Of a stretch of 64,000 bases of DNA, positions 28,742 through 38,306 are shown one piece after another; the stretch's first letter is position 1, and every line of letters begins with the position of its first letter. Source of the stretch: an uncultured Spirochaetota bacterium (GTDB taxonomy: Bacteria; Spirochaetota; Spirochaetia; SZUA-6; Fen-1364). The stretch covers positions 320,001 through 384,000 of the forward strand of contig CAVTHO010000007.1 of the NCBI GenBank assembly GCA_963734545.1, in the 5' to 3' direction. The notes under the pieces are model-generated. The model did no database searches. It was not told where the DNA came from and worked only from the letters and a program-made list of their open reading frames with translations. The position numbers were made by a program, and so were the translations under genes.

Positions 28742-29887
28742 ACGGCTATCCTCACACCGGGCAAGAAAGGGGCGCGCACGGAGCGCTTCGACCAGGAAGT
28801 CGCATCCTTCGTGCGCACCATTCCCGTCATGCTTCCCCGCGAGATCGAATCCCACGTCGCGGCGTGCGGGTACGTGGGCCAGGGAAAAGCAGTCCGCGCG
28901 ATCGCCCTGGGCGCGTACCGGCACGTGAGCCGCCTGCGCAAAGTCTGGCTGGAGGGGGCCCGCAGGGAGAGTCTTCCCCCCAAGACCACCATGCTGTTCG
29001 TCGGTCCGACGGGCTGCGGCAAGACCTATCTCGTGGAGATACTCTTTCGTGACATCCTGCGGCTGCCGACGGTCGTGATCGACATGACCGGATTCTCCGA
29101 GACCGGATATGTCGGCCAGGATGTCAATTCCATCCTCACCCGTCTCCTGTATGCGGCCGACATGAGCCTCGCCTACGCGGCAATCGGGATCGTCTGCCTG
29201 GACGAGTTCGACAAGCTGGCCTCGGGTCAGAACAGCGCGGTCTTCTCAGGGGCAGGCACGACAAAGGACGTATCGGGGCTCGGCGTGCAGCGCGAGCTCC
29301 TGAAAATGCTCGAATCCATCGAGATACCGGTGCCCCTGGAGTACACACATTCGGACTATGCGCCCAAGGCCATGATGTCCACGCAGGATGTCGGTTTCGT
29401 CGCCTGCGGCGCTTTTTCCGGTCTGAAAGGCATGATCGAGCAGACGGGGACCGAGCACATCGGCTTCGGCCGCGCGCCACTCTCCGGCGAACAGGAGAGG
29501 ATCGCGGTTTCCTACACGGAAGAGGACGTGATGCTCGCCCGCAACTTCATGAGCTACGGTTTCCTCCCCGAGCTGATCGGGAGATTTCGCAGGATCGTCC
29601 CCTTCGAGGCCCTGACCCGGGAGCAGCTCGCGCTGATCCTCCGCACGACCCTTCTGCCGCAGTACACCAACGAGTTTCTGCTGGAGGGGAAGGAGCTCGA
29701 GGTTTCCGACGCTGTTCTCGACCGGATCGTGGAGGAAAGCCTGAAGAAGGAGACGGGCGCGCGCGCCCTGGAGGCGAGCTTCATGCGCTACCTTGAGGAT
29801 GCCGCATTCGAAGCGTTCTCCGAACCGGCCGCCCGCAAGGTGTCCTTGAGCGTGCGCGAGAACGAAATTGTCCACGACATCTCCTGA
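28742..29887 (+). CDS. ClpX-like AAA+ ATPase without the N-terminal zinc-binding domain
   Basis: GPTGCGKT, ETGYVGQDV, LDEFDK, DVSGLGVQRELLK, IGF loop, TGARAL; start uncertain (28742, 28811 or 28829). Confidence 0.85.
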   Translation, partial: TAILTPGKKGARTERFDQEVASFVRTIPVMLPREIESHVAACGYVGQGKAVRAIALGAYRHVSRLRKVWLEGARRESLPPKTTMLFVGPTGCGKTYLVEILFRDILRLPTVVIDMTGFSETGYVGQDVNSILTRLLYAADMSLAYAAIGIVCLDEFDKLASGQNSAVFSGAGTTKDVSGLGVQRELLKMLESIEIPVPLEYTHSDYAPKAMMSTQDVGFVACGAFSGLKGMIEQTGTEHIGFGRAPLSGEQERIAVSYTEEDVMLARNFMSYGFLPELIGRFRRIVPFEALTREQLALILRTTLLPQYTNEFLLEGKELEVSDAVLDRIVEESLKKETGARALEASFMRYLEDAAFEAFSEPAARKVSLSVRENEIVHDIS

Positions 29888-29922
29888 TCGGGAGACGGAG
29901 CCCCCGGGCCCCTCCGCGGCCG

Positions 29923-30792
29923 ATGATTTCCCGGATCTCGGCGGCGGGCCGCGAGATCCTGAGCCTCGTGGAGGATCAGGTGGCCCTCGGACCGCGCGCG
30001 CCCGGAACAGAGCCGCACGATCAGCTTGCCCGGCGGTTGGAGCTGCACCTGCGGGAGAATGGCGCGGAAGTGACGGTGCAGGAGTTCGCGGTCAGTTTTC
30101 GGGAACGCACCCTGCACTGCGCGAATATCGTGGGAGTCTTCAGGGCGCGCCTGCACCTGTCGGGCGGGGGCCCCCCGATCCTTGCAGGCACGCACTATGA
30201 CACGCGCATCCGAGCGGACCGGGAGGCTGACCCCGCACGGCGGGAATGTCCGATCCCCGGGGCGAACGACGGTGGATCCGGCACGGCGGTCCTTCTCCAC
30301 ATGCTGCCGTGGCTTTCTCGCGCGGATCTGGCGCGCGATGTGGCCATCGCATTCTTCGACGCGGAGGATCTGGGGAATATCGACGGGAAAGACTTTTCCC
30401 TTGGAGCGGAGTGGTGCGCCGCGCATCCGGTGGCCGGCTTCGCGCCCATGGAAATGGTGGCCCTGGACATGGTGGGCGGACGGGACATGGTGCTCGACAT
30501 CGACGCGTACTCTCTCGAGCACCAGGCCAGCCTGAATCTGACTAGGGACATGTTCCGGCTGGGGCTGGCCCGGGGGTGGGAACCGTTCACCCGGGACAAG
30601 CCGGAGCGCGTCAAATACATCGTCTCGGACCACTATCCGTTTGTCCGCCGGGGGACCGCTTCCTGTATTCTCATCGATATCGACTACCCTCAGTGGCACA
30701 CGCAGGAGGACCTGCCGGGGGCGCTGTCCGCGGATTCCCTCGGGATCATCGAAGCAGCGCTGCGGCTTTTTCTGTCGCGGCCGCCAGGCTGA
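29923..30792 (+). CDS. M28 family metallopeptidase (glutaminyl-cyclase-like)
   Basis: HYDTR, GANDGGSG, FDAED, LDMVG, DHYPF, WHT. Confidence 0.9.
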   Translation: MISRISAAGREILSLVEDQVALGPRAPGTEPHDQLARRLELHLRENGAEVTVQEFAVSFRERTLHCANIVGVFRARLHLSGGGPPILAGTHYDTRIRADREADPARRECPIPGANDGGSGTAVLLHMLPWLSRADLARDVAIAFFDAEDLGNIDGKDFSLGAEWCAAHPVAGFAPMEMVALDMVGGRDMVLDIDAYSLEHQASLNLTRDMFRLGLARGWEPFTRDKPERVKYIVSDHYPFVRRGTASCILIDIDYPQWHTQEDLPGALSADSLGIIEAALRLFLSRPPG

Positions 30793-32053
30793 GCCGATCG
30801 TAGGTCTGCCGGGACCGCAGGTCTTTCAGGTTGACCACGCCGACCTTTTCCTCTTCCTCTCCGCACACCAGAGCGAGCGGGATTCCCTTCTTTTCCGCAT
30901 AGGCGAACTGGATCGCAAGCTTCTTTTTCTCCGGAAAGACTTCGGCGGCCACGCCGGCGGTACGAAGGGCTTCGGCGAACCGATGATAGGTGCCCAGGAG
31001 ACGCTCCTCCAGGTTCAGGATGAGCACGGACGCGGCGGTCCCCGGCCCGGTCAGCAGGCCTAATTCCTCCATGGCGGTCATGAGCCGGTCCACCCCGATT
31101 GATGCGCCCACACCCGGCACGCTCTGCCTGGTGTAGAGGGCGGCGAGGTCGTTGTACCGTCCGCCCGAGCACACTGAGCCGATGTCGGGCAGGTCGGAGA
31201 GGAAAGTCTCGAACACGATCCCCGTGTAATAGTCGAGCCCCCGGGTGATCGAGGGATCAAGGACATAGGAACGGGAGACGCCAAGCTGGTCCAGGCAGTC
31301 AGCGACCGTGGTGAGGCGCCGCACCGCTTCGTGCGTTTCACCCACCGCGGCGCCCAGCTTTGCCACCGTCAGCGCGGAGGTTGGCTCGACCCGCGTGAAA
31401 TCGAGGATGCGCCCGGCGTTCTCCTCACCGGCAATCTCCGCGAGCATCTCCCGTGCCTTTTCCTCTCCGACCTTGCGCCGCTTGTCGATTGCGCGCAGCA
31501 CGTCCGTGGAGCGCGCCTCGAGGCCGTGACGCGCGAGGAAGGCGTTGAATACGCCCCGATGCGCGTAATGGATGGCGAACTTTTCGATTCCCAGCATCCT
31601 CATGCTCTCCCGCATCAGGAGGAGAATCTCCAGGTCCGCCGACGCAGTGTCCGTGCCGACCACGTCGAAGTCCACCTGCATGAACTCCCGGTAGCGGCCG
31701 CGCTGCGTGTTCTCGCCTCTCCAGACCTTTGCCGCATGCCATCTGCGAAAGGGGAGGGCGAGCTCCGAAAGGTGGGCCGCGATGAACCGGGCAAAGGGGA
31801 CGGTGAGATCGAACCGCATCGCCAGCTCGCGCCCGCCGTGATCCGTGAACCGATAGACCTCTTTGTCCGTTTCACCGCCGCCCTTGCCCAGCAGCACTTC
31901 GGCGAATTCGAGCACCGGTGTGTCGATGGGGGCGTAGCCGAACAGGCGGAATGCCTGCGACAGGCGCTGGATGATCGAGAGCCTCCGCGCTTCCCTGTCG
32001 GGAAGGAAATCGCGGAAGCCCTTGGGGACCCTTGGCTCGATGAGATCCTTCAT
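30746..32053 (-). CDS. hisS: Histidine--tRNA ligase
   Basis: PKGFRD, RFDLTVP, GRYREFMQ, RGLDYYTG, SGGRY. Confidence 0.96.
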   Translation of the reverse strand: MKDLIEPRVPKGFRDFLPDREARRLSIIQRLSQAFRLFGYAPIDTPVLEFAEVLLGKGGGETDKEVYRFTDHGGRELAMRFDLTVPFARFIAAHLSELALPFRRWHAAKVWRGENTQRGRYREFMQVDFDVVGTDTASADLEILLLMRESMRMLGIEKFAIHYAHRGVFNAFLARHGLEARSTDVLRAIDKRRKVGEEKAREMLAEIAGEENAGRILDFTRVEPTSALTVAKLGAAVGETHEAVRRLTTVADCLDQLGVSRSYVLDPSITRGLDYYTGIVFETFLSDLPDIGSVCSGGRYNDLAALYTRQSVPGVGASIGVDRLMTAMEELGLLTGPGTAASVLILNLEERLLGTYHRFAEALRTAGVAAEVFPEKKKLAIQFAYAEKKGIPLALVCGEEEEKVGVVNLKDLRSRQTYDRLSLAAATEKAAALLR

Positions 32054-33186
32054 TCTGAAAGGTCCTTTCGATAGATGCGCCACGTGCGGTAGCGCTCCAC
32101 GGGCATCCTTACCAGCGAGCTGATCATCGGCTCATTGTTCTCCACGATCATCGACGCCTCGACCTCGTCCACGCCCCTGCGGAGCCCTTCCTCGATCACG
32201 TGCGTGTAGAGCGCGATTTCGATGCCCTGCCGGCGGTACTCTTCCAGCACGCCCATGAGAATCAGCCTGACCCTGCGCGTCTTCCTCATTGTGGCCAGCA
32301 GGGTGATGAACCCGAACGGGAACAGCCGCCCGTTGATCTTCTTGACTGCCTGGTTTGCATCGTAAAGGGAAAGCGCGAATCCGATGGGTTTTCCTTCCAG
32401 CTCGACTATGAAGGAAAGCTCCTCTACGACCGTCTGCTTCACGCCGTCCTTCAAGCGCAGGAACTCGCCGTCCGAGAGCGGAACGTGTCCCCAGTTCCTG
32501 TTCCACGCGGTGGCAAAAATGTTCTGGACGATCTTCGCTTCACGTTCCAGATGATGCCGAATGTCAATTTCCCGGACTGAGATTCCATCCCGCTTGAGCA
32601 CTCTCTGGGTAAGGCTGAAGTAGCGGGGGTCGAGCTCCTTCTGGAACGTGGCCGCTTTTCCGCGAAACGCGTACCAGTCGATGGATTTTTCCCAGCCGGA
32701 TGACTCGAAAAGCTGCTGGTAGTACGCCGGATTGTGGGACGTGAGGATGTAGGGGTCCGTGTCGAAGCCCTCGATCAGGATTCCCAGCTCGTCGTAGACG
32801 CCGAAGCTCAACGGACCTTCCGCCTCGTGTCTTCCTTTCGCCCGCAGCCAGTTGCAGGCGCAGGTAAAGAGAGCGGCCGCGGTTGAAGGATCATTCTCGC
32901 ACTCGAAAAAGCCCACGAATCCCTTGTTGCCCCCGAAGACCTCATCGTAGCGGCGGTTGATGTGCGCGGAGATGCGCCCGACGGGCTCGGCGCCCCTGTA
33001 GGCGAGGAAAAGCTCGGCTTCGCCGTGCTGAAAGAAGACCCCCTTCGACGGATCGATGAACCTCGTCTGGTCACCGATGAGGGGCGGGACCCAATGGCTG
33101 TCCTCGCGGTAAAACCGCCAGGCCATCCTTACGAACACCGCCCTGTCCCCGGCCGTGCGCACGCGGCGGATCTCGATAGGCAGCAT
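32050..33186 (-). CDS. Tandem-GNAT N-acyltransferase of the YghO / bacterial ceramide synthase-like family
   Basis: WVPPL, GRISA, GFFECEND, HNPAYY, NWGHVP, GVLEEYRRQGI acyl-CoA-binding motif. Confidence 0.8.
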   Translation of the reverse strand: MLPIEIRRVRTAGDRAVFVRMAWRFYREDSHWVPPLIGDQTRFIDPSKGVFFQHGEAELFLAYRGAEPVGRISAHINRRYDEVFGGNKGFVGFFECENDPSTAAALFTCACNWLRAKGRHEAEGPLSFGVYDELGILIEGFDTDPYILTSHNPAYYQQLFESSGWEKSIDWYAFRGKAATFQKELDPRYFSLTQRVLKRDGISVREIDIRHHLEREAKIVQNIFATAWNRNWGHVPLSDGEFLRLKDGVKQTVVEELSFIVELEGKPIGFALSLYDANQAVKKINGRLFPFGFITLLATMRKTRRVRLILMGVLEEYRRQGIEIALYTHVIEEGLRRGVDEVEASMIVENNEPMISSLVRMPVERYRTWRIYRKDLSE

Positions 33187-33200
33187 GCAGTCTCCTTCAA

Positions 33201-33287
33201 AGCGCCGCGGTATTCCCGCGGATTTCTTAGAGCGCCGCGGTATTCCCGCGGATTTCCAATAGCGCCGCGGTATTCCCGCGGATTTTT
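33201..33287. repeat. Three 30-bp tandem hairpin repeats
   Basis: AGCGCCGCGGTATTCCCGCGGATTT at 33201, 33231 and 33261. Confidence 0.93.
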
Positions 33288-33395
33288 ACGTGATGGACAA
33301 GTTAATGCGCAGGATGATCGCGATGTCAAGGATGTCCGGATTCTCGGCCCGGCATGCGTATTGACATTCGGCGTTGTCAGGATACGATGGGGCCA

Positions 33396-33441
33396 GAATC
33401 CGCGGAGTACCGCGGCGCGAATCCGTGGAATACCGCGGCGC
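33396..33441. repeat. Two 23-bp copies of the same hairpin repeat in inverted orientation
   Basis: GAATCCGCGGAGTACCGCGGCGC and GAATCCGTGGAATACCGCGGCGC, downstream of TTGACA-N16-TACGAT (33361-33388). Confidence 0.9.
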
Positions 33442-33470
33442 ACACCCTTACCAACACCTGGGATTGCAGA

Positions 33471-34708
33471 TTGCTGTTCAGATACGGCGCAACGGAAAAC
33501 GGCACCATAGAAAAGAAGGCACACATCTACACGATGGCGGAGCACGGGATCGATCCGCGCCTCGTGGACCCCGACGCAATGTGGGTGGTGCGCGGGCTGC
33601 GCAAGGAGGGCTTCCACGTCTATGTCGTCGGAGGCGCTGTCCGTGACCTGATCGTGGGCCGGGTACCCAACGACTTCGACGTCGCCACCGATGCCCACCC
33701 CCACCAGATACGCAGGATCTTCCGGTCGGCGCGAATAATCGGAAGAAGGTTCCGTCTCGTCCACGTCTATTGCGGGCGGGAGAAGTACATCGAGGTCAGC
33801 ACCTTCCGTTCGCGGGGCGCAGTCGGCACGGCGGAAAACACGGACAGCAGGGAGCAGAACAACCTCTTCGGCACCATGGAGGAGGACGCTGAGCGGCGGG
33901 ACTTCACGATCAACGCCCTGTACTATTCTCCCATCGACAAGCAGGTGATCGACTACGTCGGCGGCTTTCCGGATCTCCGCCGCCGACGGTTGCGCACTCT
34001 CGTTTCCGCGGAGACCTCCTTTGCTGAAGACCCCGTCCGCATGATCCGGGCGGTCAAATACGCCAGCCTCCTGGGGTTCCCCATTCCGCTGTCAATGGCG
34101 GGATCTGATCAGACGGATGCGCGAGTCGATCCTCACCTGCTCGCGGGAACGGGTGACCGAGGAGGTCTACAAGATCCTTTCCTCGGGCTTCGCGGGGGAG
34201 ATTCTGGAGCTCTCTCACCGGCTGCGTCTGTTCGAAGTGATTTTTCCGCGCCTCGCGGACACGCATCGCGAATCCCGGAAGAAATTCGACGAGCATTCCC
34301 TCGGGCAGAGGTTGAAAGAGCTGGATCGCCGCGCCCGGGAGGGCAAGGTCCTGGATCGGAACGACATGTTCGGGTTCCTCTTCCGTGATCTCGTGCTGGA
34401 AAGGAAGGATCTGTTCGAGGAAATCGCCCCGGCTCTTCCCATCCAGCAGTTCATCCGCGGCGCCTCGGAGCCGCTCTTCCCTTCGAAGAAGGACCTCGCT
34501 ATTGCCGCTGATTCTCTGCTCAGGGAAGTGCGGCCGCTGCACAAGCCGCGGCCTGCCCGGCCGCGCGCACGGAGGGCACCCGGGCGCGCCGCATGACGCG
34601 GGCATTCAGAAAGATGCGAGGGTGAGACACCGCAGGCGGAGGCGGGGTCGGGGCAGACGCCCGGGTCCTGGTCCCGGCCAGGGCCCTGCCCCCCTGCAGA
34701 AGCCGTAG
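33471..34708 (+). CDS. pcnB: Poly(A) polymerase PcnB, apparent frameshift near 34105 and possibly near 34550
   Basis: VGGAVRD, DFDVAT, IIGRRFRLVHV PAP signature, RRDFTINAL, EDPVRMIRA; true 3' end is 34596 or 34708. Confidence 0.9.
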
Positions 34709-34732
34709 CGAGGTGACCGGGTTTTCAGGGCT

Positions 34733-35954
34733 CTACTTTGCGCTTTCGATCCGCTTCAACAATGCGTCGACCCGCTCACCGTAGGTTGCCTTGTCTGCCT
34801 GCTTGGCGAGCGTCAGGTACTTGGTTGCATCGGCGTTTTTTCCCGCGGCGAATGAGTTGACCCCCAGTGCGTAGTTGATGACCCCCGCGTTGGCTCCCAG
34901 CTGGAACGCCTTCATGTACTGTTCCTCCGCCCGGGGATAATTCTTGCGCGAATACTCTATGAGTCCCAGATAGTAGGTGGCGGTCCCGCTGGCGGGCTCC
35001 TGCGCGAGCGACTTTCGTGAAGGAGAGCTCGGCGTTCGCCATGTCTCCCCGGCTGTACAGGTCGATCCCGTCTTTTACCAGCTCGACTGCCGTCTTGAGA
35101 GACAGCATGTAGCCCTGGAAATCCTGGAAAAGCTGCTGGTCGGTCACCCACGAGAAACCCTTCTTCTGCGCCTTCTGCGAGTTGTCTTCCAGCGTGGCCT
35201 TCGGGTCGAGCGCGACGATGCTGTCCCACAAAACCCGGCTGTACGAACGGTCGACCGCGTTCAGCAGAAACTGCACCAGACCCCACGATTCGGGAGCGAA
35301 GACATCCATCTGGGCCTGCGCCTGCTCGCGCGTGATGGTGAGCAGGTCGGCGAGCGGGATGAGCTTGTTCGGAGTCTCACCGCGGATGATGGATTTCAGG
35401 GTATCCAGCCATGCGAGGTTCGGCCCCGGCGTGAAGGAGCCGGCCGCGGGGTCCCAGAGAGAGCCGTCGAGGTAGGTCGCCACGCCTTCGCGCAGCCAGA
35501 CGGGTGGGTTGTCGATGAAACCCTTGACGAACTGGATGCAGCCCTGGTGGAGCAGGGACGCGGTGAACGCCTTGTCCTCCTTGGGGAAGGTGAGCAGCTC
35601 GGATCTCTCCGGGTCCGACCACGCGACGAATACGAAGTCCGTGCGTGTCTGGGAAAGGACCTTGTCGAGGTAGACATTGAAACTGCCCAGATCACGAAAC
35701 ACCTTCACTCTGAATTTCGTGGCAAGCTGGGAAAGATCGAAATGGAAGATGCTGTTGTACAGCGCGAGGGCGGCCTCCATCCTCCTGGCAACGTCCTCCG
35801 CCTGGGTCTGGCTCGTCTCGGCGAATACGCGGTAGTGCTCGGTTTCCGCAGTGAACGTAAACTCCACGGTGGCTCCCGGTGCCGGGGCCGCATCCTGGGC
35901 AAAAGCGAGCATCGAGACGCATAGAAAGAAGGCGGGGAAGAGGGATTTCCGCAT
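34733..35954 (-). CDS. Exported peptidase-MA-like protein with C-terminal TPRs, apparent frameshift near 35010
   Basis: Signal peptide; PVWLREGVATY; TPR tail in ORF 34733-34915. Confidence 0.75.
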
Positions 35955-35958
35955 ACAG

Positions 35959-36000
35959 CCTCCTCATTTCGATCATATTCAGGCTGTTCGGAGCTGTCAA
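35959..36000 (-). promoter_or_regulatory. sigma70-like promoter and RBS
   Basis: Minus strand TTGACA-N17-TATGAT, then GAGGAGG. Confidence 0.7.
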
Positions 36001-36028
36001 ATGTATTTTGGGCCTTCGCGGGGCTCTC

Positions 36029-36670
36029 CTACTTGGCCGGAGGGCCCTGGGGCAGCGGCTTTCTGCCTTTGCCGTATTCCGGGCGTACCACGGTCTTCTC
36101 GATGATCTCGTCCGCGCTGCCGCGGAGCCCCTTCTTGGCCTTGAGCAGTATCTTCACTGACTCGAAGAATATGTGGGGGTAGCTCCGTTTGATCTCCACG
36201 GCCGGCACAGGAATGATGTGCTTGCCCTGTTCGGCCCGGATTTTGAGCGCGCGGGCAATCTCCTCGCGCGTGGACACCTCTTCTATCGGGATGACCCGAT
36301 GGAGGGGCAGCAGATCCAGGGTCGCGGCGATGCGCTGGATCATTTTCCGCGAGGTGCCGATGATGAGCACCCGTCCATACGTCTGTGCGGCAAGTGTTCG
36401 CTTGACTTCATCGATCTGGTCGGCATTGGCGAACACGGCGGTCTTGATGGCACTGAGGATGCCCTTTTCCTTTTTCGCGGATTTGCCGGCGATGATCTTC
36501 TGTCCGCGTATGAGCAGCCCGTCGTCGATGATCAAGTCGATGCGGAACCTGCGCGCCACCTGGCGCGCCTTGAAGCTCTTGCCCGTCCCGCTCTTGCCGA
36601 CAAGCGCGTACGTGCTCGGTTTTCGAACCAGCCAGGGGAAGAGCCGGCGGAGTGGTGTGAGAGCTCTCAT
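36029..36670 (-). CDS. Small P-loop NTPase of unknown function
   Basis: GKSGTGKS, IIDDGLLI, GKHIIPVP. Confidence 0.8.
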   Translation of the reverse strand: MRALTPLRRLFPWLVRKPSTYALVGKSGTGKSFKARQVARRFRIDLIIDDGLLIRGQKIIAGKSAKKEKGILSAIKTAVFANADQIDEVKRTLAAQTYGRVLIIGTSRKMIQRIAATLDLLPLHRVIPIEEVSTREEIARALKIRAEQGKHIIPVPAVEIKRSYPHIFFESVKILLKAKKGLRGSADEIIEKTVVRPEYGKGRKPLPQGPPAK

Positions 36671-36794
36671 GCGCGGGTGCCTGATCCTCGCTCAGAGGAT
36701 ATACCGCGCCGGGTCGAAGTGAAAGCGGGGCGAATGTCACCAGGCTCCGCCCAGCTCCGCCAGGAGCGGAAGGAAGCGGAAGGAGTGACCGCGA

Positions 36795-38204
36795 TCAGGT
36801 GAGCGCGGGAGCGGGTCTCAGCAGCCGCAGGAGGCGCAGGTAATCCTTTTCCTGCAATTGCCACCGCTTGTTCAGGGCCCGCGCATAGACACCGACGATG
36901 AATCCGGCCACGCGCCCCCGCAGGAGCCTCGCGACAACGTGAACGGGGGAATAGAAGCGCGAATGTGCCTCGATCTGCATGCGCTGAAGGTCCCAGGGGG
37001 TGAAGCCGCGCGGCAGGAATTTCACGTGGTGTGCGTCGTACGTATCCCACTGCGTGTCGATGATTCTCTTCTCGGCGAGCATGCGGTCGTAGAAACCCGA
37101 TCCGGGGAGCGGTGTGAGGATAAGGAACTGCGCGGAATCGACCTTCTCTTCCAGCGCGAAGCGGACCGTGGCGCGCGTGCTTGCGACCGTGTCCGAGTCG
37201 AAACCGAACACGAACATCCCATGCACGTGGATCTTTCTCTTCCGTATTTCGCGGATTGCGCGGCGGATTTCTTCCACGCTCTGGTTCTTTTTCATTTCCT
37301 TCAGCGCCACGGGGTCGACCGACTCGAATCCGATGAAAAGAGTGACGCATCCCGCTTCGGCCATGAGGTCGAGCAGCTCGCTGTCCTTCGCGATGTCTGA
37401 ACGCACCTGTGTCGACCACTTGAAGCCGAGCTGGAGACGGATCATCTCCCGGAGAAGCTCCTTTGTCCTTCGGGGGTTGGCGGCAAAATTGTCGTCGTAG
37501 AAGAAGATGTTGCTCTGCTTCGGATTGTAGAGCGAGACCTCGGCGATGATATTCTCCATGGACCTGTAGCGATAGCGGTGTCCGAACATGCCCGTCACGG
37601 AACAGAAGGTGCAATCGAATGGGCATCCGCGGGATGTCTGGATGGGGATCGTCGTCTTCCCGAATCCCATTGTGCCCAGTCGTGCTCCCGTGCTCATGGT
37701 GAGAAGGCTGAAATCAGGGAAGGGAAGACCGTCCAGGTCCTCGATCGGAGCAGCGGCCGGGTTGCGCCGGATGCGGCCGTTTTCACGCCACACGAGGCCC
37801 GGGACCTCTTCGAGGCTGCCGTTCCCGTTCAACGCCTCCACAAGCAGAGGAAAGCCCGTCTCGCCTTCTCCCGTGATGCAGAAGTCGGCGTGCGCGAGCG
37901 CCTCTTCGGGCAGGAAGCTCACGTGAGGGCCTCCGAAGACCACGGGGATGCCCCTTGTCCTGAGGTCGTCGGCAATGGCATATGCGCCGATCGCGGTGGC
38001 CGTGATGGTGGAGATGCCGGCCAGGTCGGTCTCGATGCGGCGCGCAAGGATGTCCTTGGTCTGCATGAAGACAGATGACGCCTCGAAACCCCTGTCCTGC
38101 ATGATGGTCGCGAGCAGAATGCTGCCGAGTCGGGGAAGCTCGAACTTGGAAAAGATATGAAGGTGATCGTTCTTCGGCTCGATAAAAGTGATTCGCCTTA
38201 TCAT
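36795..38204 (-). CDS. B12-binding radical SAM protein
   Basis: GGPH and GEGE cobalamin domain; SRGCPFDCTFC; DDNF; TPLPGS. Confidence 0.92.
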   Translation of the reverse strand: MIRRITFIEPKNDHLHIFSKFELPRLGSILLATIMQDRGFEASSVFMQTKDILARRIETDLAGISTITATAIGAYAIADDLRTRGIPVVFGGPHVSFLPEEALAHADFCITGEGETGFPLLVEALNGNGSLEEVPGLVWRENGRIRRNPAAAPIEDLDGLPFPDFSLLTMSTGARLGTMGFGKTTIPIQTSRGCPFDCTFCSVTGMFGHRYRYRSMENIIAEVSLYNPKQSNIFFYDDNFAANPRRTKELLREMIRLQLGFKWSTQVRSDIAKDSELLDLMAEAGCVTLFIGFESVDPVALKEMKKNQSVEEIRRAIREIRKRKIHVHGMFVFGFDSDTVASTRATVRFALEEKVDSAQFLILTPLPGSGFYDRMLAEKRIIDTQWDTYDAHHVKFLPRGFTPWDLQRMQIEAHSRFYSPVHVVARLLRGRVAGFIVGVYARALNKRWQLQEKDYLRLLRLLRPAPALT

Positions 38205-38252
38205 GGCCGTCCCTCCCACTCAAACGTGATCGAATAGGTTTAGATGAGGGAC

Positions 38253-38281
38253 AAGATATACGTATACGTACAGTTTGTCAA
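38253..38281 (-). promoter_or_regulatory. sigma70-like promoter with a palindromic candidate operator
   Basis: Minus strand TTGACA-N17-TATCTT; perfect palindrome TACGTATACGTA at 38259-38270. Confidence 0.6.
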
Positions 38282-38306
38282 TAGGGCCGGTCGGGCCAAT
38301 CTTCCC

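Noticed and set aside
33201-33287. CRISPR array
   Set aside because: Variable segments are only about 5 bp; it is a tandem hairpin repeat.
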